DNA of 63,993 nucleotides, filler included, from Craspedostauros australis (lineage: Eukaryota), in NCBI GenBank assembly GCA_030167865.1. It is 19 parts of 19 records of this genome, joined end to end, with 100 filler letters (N's around TTAATTAATTAA, not from the genome) between each part and the next. Parts side by side here need not be neighbours in the genome. Positions count along the whole stretch, not along the records: positions 19,485 to 27,712 come from JALAGF010004983.1; positions 27,813 to 29,991 come from JALAGF010004984.1; positions 30,092 to 31,744 come from JALAGF010004985.1; positions 31,845 to 40,080 come from JALAGF010004986.1; 15 more parts are not named here. One strand, given 5' to 3'. This document shows, one piece after another, positions 27,216 through 38,600 of the stretch; the stretch's first letter is position 1, and each line of letters begins with the position of its first letter. The notes under the pieces were generated by a model. The model was not told the origin of the DNA and did not search any database. It saw only the letters and a program-made list of their open reading frames with translations. The position numbers were made by a program, and so were the translations under genes.

Positions 27216-27712
27216 TGTTAGAACGAAATCGAATATGGGTAGGGTACCGCACCGAAAACGCAGAGTGATCAATTCGTAGTTGTTGGTGAGGATGATTGTT
27301 TGATTAGTGTGTTATTCGTATGAGTAGGTGAAGACTGTCGAGCTCCAAAGATTGAGATCCTGGAACTGTGAGCATGAGAGGCAACTTGCAGGTCTCATGC
27401 AATTGCAGATGGAATATAACACGGAGACAACACGACAAATGTGCGTGTTACTGTGTGGGTTCAGATTTGCAAAAGTCAGAAAACAAACACCGCGATACGC
27501 CGTGTTGTAGGGTGCAACTCCTCACGATGTTGCGAGTAGAATGATCACACGATTGATCGTATTCACTCGAGAAGGTTGGGGACGGTTCCATATCCGTAAG
27601 GAAATTTTTGTGTGGGCATTTTCGTAAATGTCCTGAGGAGGACATTTATCGCTTCCTGTCGATGTTTTTCCCACAACTGTCCTGAGGAGGACAGATAATT
27701 TATCTGTCCTCC
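27216..27712. repeat. Probable LTR of a fourth element (D) inserted in C, truncated by the scaffold end
   Basis: Begins TGTTAG at the point where homology to the uninterrupted copy at about 63950 breaks. Non-coding. Confidence 0.6.
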
Positions 27713-27812
27713 NNNNNNNNNNNNNNNNNNNNNNNNNNNNNNNNNNNNNNNNNNNNTTAATTAATTAANNNNNNNNNNNNNNNNNNNNNNNNNNNNNNNN
27801 NNNNNNNNNNNN

Positions 27813-29991
27813 GACAGTCGCGCTTCTGGAAGTTGTGAACCTCCTTTTCAGCTGCTCCCTTCCACTTGTCACCATCTGGCCTGCTCAGAGCGTCCTGCAG
27901 CGTCTTCGGTAGCCCTGGATCAGAAGTAAGAGAAGCGTTGAAAACCATCAACACTCTCCCGGATCTGGTGTTTGGCCTTCCATCATTCCGGCCTTGCACC
28001 TCGTAGGATCTCCAGNNNNNNNNNNNNNNNNNNNNNNNNNNNNNNNNNNNNNNNNNNNNNNNNNNTTCAGCTGCTCCCTTCCACTTGTCACCATCTGGCC
28101 TGCTCAGAGCGTCCTTGAGCGTCTTCGGCAGCCCTGGATCAGAAGTAAGAGAAGCATTGAAAACCATCAACACTCTCCCGGATCTGGTGTTTGGCCTTCC
28201 ATCATTCCGGCCTTGCACCTTGTAGGATCTCCAGGTCTGTAGTTTCGCTCGCTCTCTCTCCATCTTGGATGACCCTCTCCCAGCTTGCGGAACTGCCAGA
28301 CGAGTGGGATGTCTCTCACGTTGGTTCGCAGGTGTCACATGCCGTTCATTCGCCTGATGCACATCCACCATCTCGAAGTCATCCATGCCCTCATTTCCAT
28401 CCGAATCAGAGACAAGCCCAGGATCCACAACGATTCCGTTGATATCGTCCCGGACATGGTCGGTTGGGTCCGCCATCACACCGCTCTCATCGTCCGAAAT
28501 GACATGAGGAAGTTCATCGATGCTGACCATCTTTGGAATCTTGGTGGTTGCCGCTCTCTCCCCGTTGGACGGAGTCATCATCAGTGGAACATCCGCGTCG
28601 GCCACAGCCTTCTCATCTGGGACTGCGGCTGCGGCTGCTGCTGGTGTTGGATTGGATGCAGGCTCAGGTTGCGCAATGATCTCCACACCGTCCACGACCC
28701 CTGCTCCGTGCCACTCCATCCAGTTCAGGTCTCTGGACATCACCACCTTGTTGGTATCGACCTTCAGCATCCGGTATGTATCGCCTGCATGGTTGTCAGC
28801 ATAGCCCAGCATCAACGTTTTGAATGCTTTCGGTGTCAGCTTCGGCTTCTTGGCGCGATCCGTTACGTATCCGACGCGTCCCCATTCCATCAGATGCGGA
28901 TAGAGCTTGGGATTCTGGCCGTAGAAGGTTTCATCTGGACTCTTGTCGTTGCCTGTCGTGACCGTCAGATTATGGAGCCGGGTTGCCGTGTGGATTGCCT
29001 CCGCCCAAAGCCGTCCTTGTGCCTCATCAGTGAGATCAGCATCCAACATGAGCGCCAGTGCCGAATCTCGAATCGTCACGAATCCTCTCTCGACAACACC
29101 ATTCATCATTGGTGTGTTGGGGGCGGTGTACTCCAGTTGGACTCCATGCTCGTCACAGACCTTCTCCAGCTTCCCTTGGTTCTCACCAGCGTTGTCACAC
29201 CGAATGGCCTCCACCTTCAGGTCCGCACCTTTGAGCTTGGTGAGCAGAGTCTCCACCTGTCCTGCAAGCTGGCTCTTATTCGTCAGGAAGTAACTCCACT
29301 TCTTCTTCGAAACCTCATCCACAATCAACAGCCAGTAGTTGCTTCCTTTGGCTGTCTTCTTGTATGGACCTGAGATGTCCAGGTATAGGCGTTGAGCAAT
29401 GTTGGTAGCCTTCTCGAAGGCCTTCTTCCGCACTCCCTTCGCCTTCGCTTTTGCCTTTGCACACGCCTCGCATGCTCTCCAAGTTCCAGTGAGTGACCAG
29501 CCTGCCTTTGCTGCTGTCAGCTTGGTGTAGCGCTCGTTTGGATGCCCCAGGATGCGATGAGCTCGATTGACATCCATGGTGCTCTTCCTCTCCACAGTTC
29601 CCGTGGCCATGATGGATTCCGTTGGCTTCCCCTTTGACTTGCATTTGAGGAAGTACAGGTTGCCGTCTCCATTGTCCTCTTCATGTTGGAACTTCAGACT
29701 GATGTTGGCGCTTGGATGCTTCAAAGTGATATCATCCTTGCCTCCACTGAGCGTGCATCCCTTCTCCAGGAATTGGGGAATACTGATGATGTTGTGCGCG
29801 AATCCTGGGACCACGAAGACTGACTTCAAGATGAACTCGGTACCATCCAGACACTCTCCATGGAATTCCCCCACATGGGTTGGTGTCACCATGTTGCGGT
29901 CTCCCACCTGCACCTGTCTGTCGTCGGTGACCGCCACCAGATCTGTGATCCCTTCGGTTGACCAGGTCACATGGCATGTAGCTCCGGTGTC
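27813..29991 (-). mobile_element. Copia pol fragment (protease, integrase, start of RT), a distinct family
   Basis: DTGATCHVT, AHRILGH..CEAC, LYLDISGP, RCDNAGE, MNGVVER and LGYADNH motifs. Confidence 0.95.
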
Positions 29992-30870
29992 NNNNNNNNN
30001 NNNNNNNNNNNNNNNNNNNNNNNNNNNNNNNNNNNTTAATTAATTAANNNNNNNNNNNNNNNNNNNNNNNNNNNNNNNNNNNNNNNNNNNNTCATTGACA
30101 TGTCAACGAAGGAACGAACGGCTGTACCAACACACCTGACAACAACAAAAGAAGGACACCAAAATCCAGAGAGACAGTGTGGACAGAATCACCTCGGTTG
30201 CGATCCTACCATGGCAGTCCTAGTCATCCAGAAACCAGGACAAGGAGTGCAAGCAAATGGACAGTTTTGTGCATGGAGGGAATGCAGCCACCCACAGGAA
30301 GCCCCTNNNNNNNNNNNNNNNNNNNNNNNNNNNNNNNNNNNNNNNNNNNNNNNNNNNNNNNNNNNNNNNNNNNNNNNNNNNNNNNNNNNNNNNNNNNNNN
30401 NNNNNNNNNNNNNNNNNNNNNNNNNNNNNNNNNNNNNNNNNNNNNNNNNNNNNNNNNNNNNNNNNNNNNNNNNNNNNNNNNNNNNNNNNNNNNNNNNNNN
30501 NNNNNNNNNNNNNNNNNNNNNNNNNNNATGGACGAAACACTGTTGCAGTGGTGATGTTGGTGTACCTGTTGTTGTTGTTATTGTTGTGGTTGTGGTTGTG
30601 ATTGTGATTGTAACAGGAACGAAGTGCTCTGTGGAGCAATGATCTCTGTGGAGAGTGTTGGGGTTGTGAGTTTTGTGTGCTCTGCGCTGGCCCAAGACAG
30701 CAGCCTTGTTTTGCGCGGACCGGAGACGAAAACACGCTCAGCAAACACCGACACAGTGTAAAGTGGGGAAATGGAGCAATGACGAAGAGCGAAAGCAACT
30801 CGNNNNNNNNNNNNNNNNNNNNNNNNNNNNNNNNNNNNNNNNNNNNNNNNNNNNNNNNNNNNNNNNNNNN

Positions 30871-30951
30871 ATAAGAACTAGGCGGAAACAAGCAATTTAT
30901 GACTTAAACGCTATGAAATAGAGCCAATTATTGCATTTTGAACTGCCCCCC
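30871..30951. repeat. Probable DNA-transposon terminus, copy 1 (...GCATTTTGAACTGCCCCCC)
   Basis: About 80 bp near-identical to 31559-31639. Similarity ends sharply after the C6 run, and the flanks differ. Confidence 0.55.
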
Positions 30952-31558
30952 TTGCCTCTTGCACCAGTATGAGTATGTAATAAGAGTATGCAATAAGAGT
31001 AGTCGTATGCACGAGCAGGGAACGCGTACCGATGGATTGGTCAATGGTCAATGTCCCTTTCTCGCATGCGTCCCTCTGCGTCGGTCTGTGTCAGGCTTCG
31101 GTTCCGTTGCAGTTGCGCTGCGGTTGTGCTGCGACTGTGGCTGTACCTGCTCTGGAGCACGCTCTCTTGAGTATTGCGGCTCTGTTGCGATTGTGCACAT
31201 GCGTCCGTCTCTCTGTTGGTGGGAGAATCGATTCGCAAGCGAAGGCCTTGTCAGACAGTGTTCGTAAACGCACTAGGAGCCCCCCGAGTGAGTCGACCTG
31301 CACTTTGTCCTGGGACTCAACACCTTTTTTCTCGGATATCCAAAAAAGTTACATATTCATAATCCCCATATTCTAAAACCAAATACTGATTCAAATCACT
31401 TTCCGGTTAGACCTTATTTTAAGTTTTATGGGCCNNNNNNNNNNNNNNNNNNNNNNNNNNNNNNNNNNNNNNNNNNNNNNNNNNAACTCGGGCGAATTTT
31501 GGGGGGAAAGCACCAATTATCCAAAAAAGAACGAAAATGCCATATTATTCCGTCGAGG

Positions 31559-31639
31559 ATAAGAACTAAGCGGAAACAAGCGATTTATGACTTAAACGCT
31601 ATGAAATAGAGCCAATTATTGCATTTTGAACTGCCCCCC
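31559..31639. repeat. Probable DNA-transposon terminus, copy 2
   Basis: Direct repeat of 30871-30951. Confidence 0.55.
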
Positions 31640-31844
31640 ATGATCTCGTGAGCCGTTGTGCCTGTCTCACCGTGTCATTGGGATTCACGATCTCACAATT
31701 CGATGCGAAGCCTCTGTTCGCCACAATTTCCATCCGATAATTCTNNNNNNNNNNNNNNNNNNNNNNNNNNNNNNNNNNNNNNNNNNNNTTAATTAATTAA
31801 NNNNNNNNNNNNNNNNNNNNNNNNNNNNNNNNNNNNNNNNNNNN

Positions 31845-33462
31845 GGCACCATGCCGCCATGCAAGCACTGCGCCATCGCCAACGCGCGAGTGAAGAACGT
31901 CCCGAAGGCGACCATCGCGAGAGCATCGCGACAATGTGAGCGATTCTTCATCGACATCAGCTACACAAAGCACACGAGCTTCGGCAACAAGCGGTACTGG
32001 GTGTTGATCGTAGACGACCACACAGATTACTGCTGGAGCATCTTCCTCACCAACAAGGGTGACCAACCGNNNNNNNNNNNNNNNNNNNNNNNNNNNNNNN
32101 NNNNNNNNNNNNNNNNNNNTCTGCTCGAAGCCGGATTCGACGTCTCATTCGAATACACGGCATCCAACACACCACAGCAGAACGGCAGGGTCGAGCGCAA
32201 GTTCGCATACTTGTACACGAAGATGCGATCCATGCTGAACAGCGCCCAGCTCAACGAAGAGCACAGACATGGTCTATGGGCTGCAGCAGCCAACGTCGCG
32301 ACCGCGGTCGCCAACATCACTGTGGNNNNNNNNNNNNNNNNNNNNNNNNNNNNNNNNNNNNNNNNNNNNNNNNNNTGGGCTATGGGCTGCGGCAGCCAAC
32401 GTCGCGACCGCGGTCGCCAACATCACCGTGGCGAAGGGACAGACCAAGTCGCCACACCACCTATTCTTCGGAGAGGATCCGAAGTATGCAAGCGGACTTC
32501 GCACCTTTGGTGAAGTCGGAGTCGTCAAGACGGCCTATGGAGGCATGACAGCGAAACTCCAGAACAGAGGCGAGGCGATGTTGTTCGTCGGATATGCTCC
32601 ACAGCATGGATCCGGCGTCTACAACATGTACCGTCCATCCACCAAGTCCATCGTCTGCATCAGAGACGTGAAGTGGCTCAACAGATCGTACGGGCACTTC
32701 AAGGGTTGGACCTACAGCACGGACGATGGGAAGCCGGAAGGGAGTCAGATCGTCGCAACCGATCGCGAGCACCCATCAGAGACTGACGATGACGGATTCA
32801 TCCTGGTCGGAAGGGAAGGGACAGCGCCGTCCCACACAGCTTGAACCAAGCCAAAGCGACGCTCTGTGTCATTCGCTGACGCGAACTCCTACCACGTCCT
32901 CTCAGATGACGACGATGAGGACGATGACGACACCAACAACAACGCAAGTGCGAAGAAGGACTCACCAGGTCTCGCGAGCGAGGCGACGACCACACCAGTG
33001 GACGAAGGGACTGCGCCCGAAGAAGGGGTTGACGCGATCCCTGTCGACGACGACACAGTGACCGACATTGAAGATGTCGCCCCACCGAGTGTCCCGCCAA
33101 GCATCCTCCGCACTCCGCCAACATCACGCAAGCGTTCGCACGAAGCGAACGATGATTCGAGAGCTAGTCGCACCATGACAGCTAATCCCCCACAACGGCC
33201 AAGCAAGCGCGATACCACTCGCAGCGAACGACAACAGCGATACATCGAGCGAAGCAAGCATCAAGCAAAAACGAATGCAAAGTCACGTGCGTCACTGCCA
33301 TCCAACACGAAAGGAAAGAGCGAATTGCGCAACCTTGTGAGCTACAAGCCAGGAAAGAAGGAGAAACATGAAGGCAAGCGGTTCACAACCAAACTATCGG
33401 TCTTCAATAGGGGAAGCGATACAGACGACGATCAAGACAGCAGCGAGGAGATCAACGATGAT
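31845..33462 (+). mobile_element. Copia element E integrase fragment (relative of B/F), interrupted by the LTR of F
   Basis: CKHC, FFIDIS, QQNGRVERK and FVGY motifs, then an acidic/basic tail. Premature TGA at 32842. Confidence 0.9.
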
Positions 33463-34283
33463 TGCCGAGATTTACATGTGAGTAGATGTTGATATGTACG
33501 TGTATATGTGCATCGTTCACCCGTTATTCTCTCATACGCACTTGGACGGTACACTACATTCGTGTCAATAGTATGCTGTGATTCGTCAGAATTACAGCAG
33601 AAATGGAACACACGAAAATGAGCAGAATTTCTGGAGGAAATTTGGAATCGACGATTTCTGAGAGAATTGGAAGATCGTCCGTCCATCATCAATGGTACCG
33701 AGAGAATCTCGAGGTACTTCCCAACTAAACCTGAGATGACGATATCATCTGACAGACCACTGCATCACCAATGGAACATGACATGTGGAGAGCAGAAGGA
33801 CGCCTACTGACGTCGACAGGATGTCATCGTGTCACCACGTCGACATCTGTCTCCAAGTCAGAGCAGGAGGCAAAGATGCGATGACCGAAGGGCATCAGTA
33901 TCATGGATACGAGAGGTGAACTTCAAATGGTAAGTACTCATGGAGTAGGAACCAGTACTGAATGAACAGAGTGTCGAATGCGGAGTACGCATCGAACACG
34001 GAGTATCGCGTAGCACAAGCACACGATGTCAAGAGAGAGAGAGAGAGAGAATACAGAGAGGAGCGAGAGAGAATACGAAGAGCAGCGAGAGAGCATCTCG
34101 CATACCGACTCATAGTCGAAGACCAAATCTACAAAACAGATTGAAGCGCCAAGAGCATCAGGAAAGAGAACAAATGGACACCGAGAGGATTGGAGTGCCA
34201 ACGTAATGAAATAGCAAACGAACGACTATCAACCAATACCATCTTCCACGATCGTAGGCTTCCGTGAGCGGAACTTGCCAACA
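33463..34283 (+). repeat. 5' LTR of Copia element F (about 821 bp, TG...CA)
   Basis: Homologous end to end with 19913-20649, ends GAACTTGCCAACA, and contains a (GA)n-rich tract. Confidence 0.92.
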
Positions 34284-34284
34284 C

Positions 34285-34294
34285 GTTTATAAAC
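34285..34294 (+). promoter_or_regulatory. Palindrome GTTTATAAAC at the primer-binding-site position (putative self-priming site)
   Basis: Perfect 10-bp palindrome 1 nt after the LTR end. No TGG-initiated tRNA PBS is present. Confidence 0.6.
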
Positions 34295-34365
34295 AATAGA
34301 TCAGGGCAAGCCCGCGGATCGGATCGTGCGAGGAAGACGAGCATCATTCAAGAGCAGCAGGCTGA

Positions 34366-35597
34366 ATGAGCAAGGAAGAGGAATTGAAAGAGATCCCTCT
34401 GTCCAATCCGGCTATCAAGCAAGAAGAAGATGCAAGTGAGACTCAACCTCAACAACAGAAGGAAGCAGCCGCGGCTACTGTCCTATCAGGCGCAGAGGCA
34501 AGCGCGATCGACAAGACCGAAGAAGAACGGTCTGCGAGACTACACCGCGAGGAGAAGAGGATTCTCAAGGCGGTCAAGCAAGAGGAGACTGGTGCGATGG
34601 AGAGCATTCGCACAGCCAAACAGGGTGGGAAAAGTGAGACACCACCAGGAGGAGAATTTGTGACGAAAACAATCTCCGCGCAACAACGAGCGAAAATCGA
34701 AAAAGTGACAACACAGAAACAGACGGAAATCAAGGGCGCCAGCGCACCAACAACAAAACAACGAATCAACATGGTGACATCAGCCAACATGAACAAGCGA
34801 CGTATCAAGGCGCCGATGTTCAGCGGTGAACAAGAGGATTATAGCGCATGGGAGTCCCAAGCAAAGGCATACGCTCGTACACGGAAGACGAGAGACGTGA
34901 TGTTGGGCAAGACGAAGATCCCAACAGTGAGTGAGATCGTGGCAGCCACTGACGACATCAAGGAGGCGATGGAGGAAACCTACGAGCTGGCAGGCGACTG
35001 CTTCAGCGATCTGATCCTCATGATGGATGCAGAGAAGGGAAAGGGCAAGCAGGCCATCCAATACATCAATCAATGCGTCTCCAACGATTACCCTGAGGGG
35101 AATCCACACGCGGCGTGGAACGTTCTCGCAGAGAAGTTCCGGCCATCCGACGCGGTGACGAAGATCAAACTCAAGCGACAGTTCAATAACAAAAGGATGA
35201 AGAAGGATTCAGACCCCGATGTATACATCACGCGACTCAAGATACTACGCTCACGTCTCCACGATGTCGGATACACGATCACCAACGAGGAAATGATCAT
35301 GCAAATCCTCAGTACGATGAGCGTGGAATACAGAACACACGTCGTGAGTTTCAACCACCAACTCACGTTCAATCTGACAGTGGTCACCATCAACGCGATC
35401 AGAGGAGTGCTCTGTGAAGCACACGCCACGCATCAAGGCGGAAAGGCATACGTCGACGATTTCCAAGACAGCAACACGAAGAACAACGACACTGGCTTCA
35501 CGAGCACCGGTAACTTCAAGGGGACCTGCCACAACTGTGGTGTGTTTGGTCATAGATCCGCCGATTGCCCAGAACGCAAGAAATCGAACAACAAGAA

Positions 35598-35654
<57 letters not shown>

Positions 35655-38600
35655 GATGAACAGAAAGCGTAACAACAACTGCAACAAGGGAAGCGGCTTC
35701 AACGGCAAGTGTAACTACTGCGGCATCTTCGGACATCGCGAGGCGGAGTGCCGAAAGAAGAAGTTCAACGAGAAGAAGGCCGACGAGCAGGCCAACACAG
35801 CAACACAAGGACACGACAAGAGCGGACACGAGATGGTACTCTCTGCGAAGGACATGCCGCTCTGCATGTTGGTGTCCAACGATTACATCGAAGACTCCTT
35901 CTTCGATAACTTCGAGTGTGTCGGAAGTGACGACGAAGTGCAGGATGATGAGATCATCCCGGAGTGGCTCAGCGAGGAGCCAATCATCCACGAGGTGGAT
36001 CCAAGACGCGAAGTGAGCTACGAATGNTGCTTCAACGCGCANGACCTGATCGGTTCATACGGCGACGAAGCTGAGATGGACGACGACGAGGCCAACGATA
36101 GCGACATCGAAGAGGCCATGAGCGATGACGACGACGACGACGACGCCGACGAGGACGGCGCAGATGAAGACGACGAGGCGAACCGCGGCGCGGCGCCTCC
36201 TCCTCCAGCGGCGAGGAACAACAGATCGGGCATCTTCGACGAAGATGACAGCGACGAATCCGAGGACGGTAATCATCCAGACGACAGCTTCAATCCAAAC
36301 GAACGTGTCGTCTACCCAGGGAATATCGACTTCCCACCAATCGAGGATCCCAACAGGTCCAACTACCTCCATCGTCATGACACCGTCCCATATGCAACAG
36401 AGACAGCATTGGTGATCCAGAAGCAGCTCATCTTCGATGCAGTGATGGAAGCAGGAGTGAGCCTGTTCCCAGGAGTTGCACAAGGAGTGCTGAGACCAAT
36501 ATGGGTGAACATGATGGGATCTATCCTATCCGAGAACTTCAGATCGATTGAAGAGATTCTGACCAATTCGGTTGTGATCAATCGCATATTGGAAGCAGCC
36601 GATACAGAGACGATCCCAGAGACAGATCTACATTACATCCTTGGAGGATGCATGCGCGTGCTCTTGCGAGAGCGATCACGCGTCCACCCATACGACCCTG
36701 TTACAGGATCACATCGAAGCAACACAATTCCATCGGACTACGCGCAACTGCCCGATGACATGAATGACGGAGATCATCATCCTCCATACAACGAAGATGG
36801 AGTCCACGAAGACGACGACGACGGCAGCTTCGACGACGAGATAGCCGCAGCTGCCGTGGAGCAGCTCCACGAGCTGAGCACCAGATACAAGGACAAGGTC
36901 AACAAGGACACCTGGCTTGCCGACAGCGGAGCTTCGTGTCACATCGTCAATCCGGACGCCGCCCTCTTCAACGTGCGGCACATCAAGTCCTTCGTCCAAG
37001 TGGGAGACAGCACGAAGTTGGATTCTCCCAAAATGGGATCCATTCGCTTGAAGGTCAAGCAACAAGACAACACTGGCCACATCATCCGGCTCGATGATGT
37101 GAAGTACACACCGAAAATGGCGGTGAACCTTTTCTCCACGAACAAGGCTCTGTACAACGGTTACCAGCTCGGTAACAACGGCATTCTGATGGACATCATC
37201 AACGGATCCGGAACGAAGATTGTGTTCGATCGAGTCTTCCCCACATCCAATGGATTCATCACGGGAGTGCAGATGCATCCCATCATGCCGACAGACGACG
37301 ACAAGGCTTGCACAGCCATCGTCAAGAACCCATCCAAGGAGATCAGCGCGGTGAACTTGCATCGAATGCTCGGCCACGCGCCACTCGANNNNNNNNNNNN
37401 NNNNNNNNNNCAATACGGATGGAAGATTATCGGCGAGATGCCGGTATGTCGCGACTGCGCGGTCGCGAACGCAAGAGTGAAGAACATTCCGAAGGCAACG
37501 ATCCCAAGAGCAACTCGCCGTGGCGAACGGCTCTTCATCGATATTAGTTGCACTAAACACATAAGCTTCGGAGATAAACGCTACTGGACCCTGATCGTGG
37601 ACGACCGCACGGATCACTGCTGGAGTTTCTTTCTCAAGAACAAGAGTGACCAACCAGGATACATCAAACGATTCATTCAAACGATCAAGTCACAGACTGG
37701 TGACCAACAGATCATCTTCCGAGGTGACAACAGCGGAGAGAACAAATCCACGCAGGATATTCTCATCGATGCAGGNNNNNNNNNNNNNNNNNNNNNNNNN
37801 NNNNNNNNNNNNNNNNNNNNNNNNNNNNNNNNNGAACGCAAGTTCGCGTACCTCTACACCAAGATCCGCTCCATGCTCAATGGAGCACAACTCGATGAAG
37901 AGTATAGGCATGGCCTGTGGGCAGCAGCTGCAAGCACTGCCACCGCCATTGCCGACATCACTGTAGCGAAGAATCAGAAGGAGTCACCACATCGCCAATT
38001 CTTTGGCAACAATCCACCATATGCAGACACACTCGGCACATTCGGAGAGGTGGGTGTTGTGAAGACTACCTACGGTGGGATCACCGCCNNNNNNNNNNNN
38101 NNNNNNNNNNNNNNNNNNNNNNNNNNNNNNNNNNNNNNTGTGAAGACTACCTACGGTGGGATCACCGCCAAACTCAAGAATAGAGGAGAAGAGATGGTGT
38201 TCATTGGATGTGCACACCAACATGCATCAGGGGTCTACAACATGTACAGACCATCGACCAAATCACTGGTCTGCTCTCGCGACATCAAGTGGCTCAACCA
38301 ATCATACGGACAGTTTTGTGGCTGGGCACCAGCACCAAACATATCCAACAAAACAGGAACAACAGATGCAGAAGGTTTCACAACCATCGGATGGAAGGGA
38401 GCGACACCCAAGACGGCAATGCATCGAACATCAGAAGGAAAGAGAGTATCTTTCGCTGACAGCAACAGCTACTACATCCTATCGGATAGCGACGATGAGG
38501 ATGATGAGGACGATGGAGCAGTAACCCAACTAATCCATAACGACAAGGAAGATCAGAGCGAATCCAATCATGAGGATGACGAGATCATACCATCCGGCGA

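Noticed and set aside
31425..31434. TTATGGGCC resembling a half-tRNA-Met Copia PBS
   Set aside because: No LTR end (CA) directly upstream, and the match is cut by a gap.
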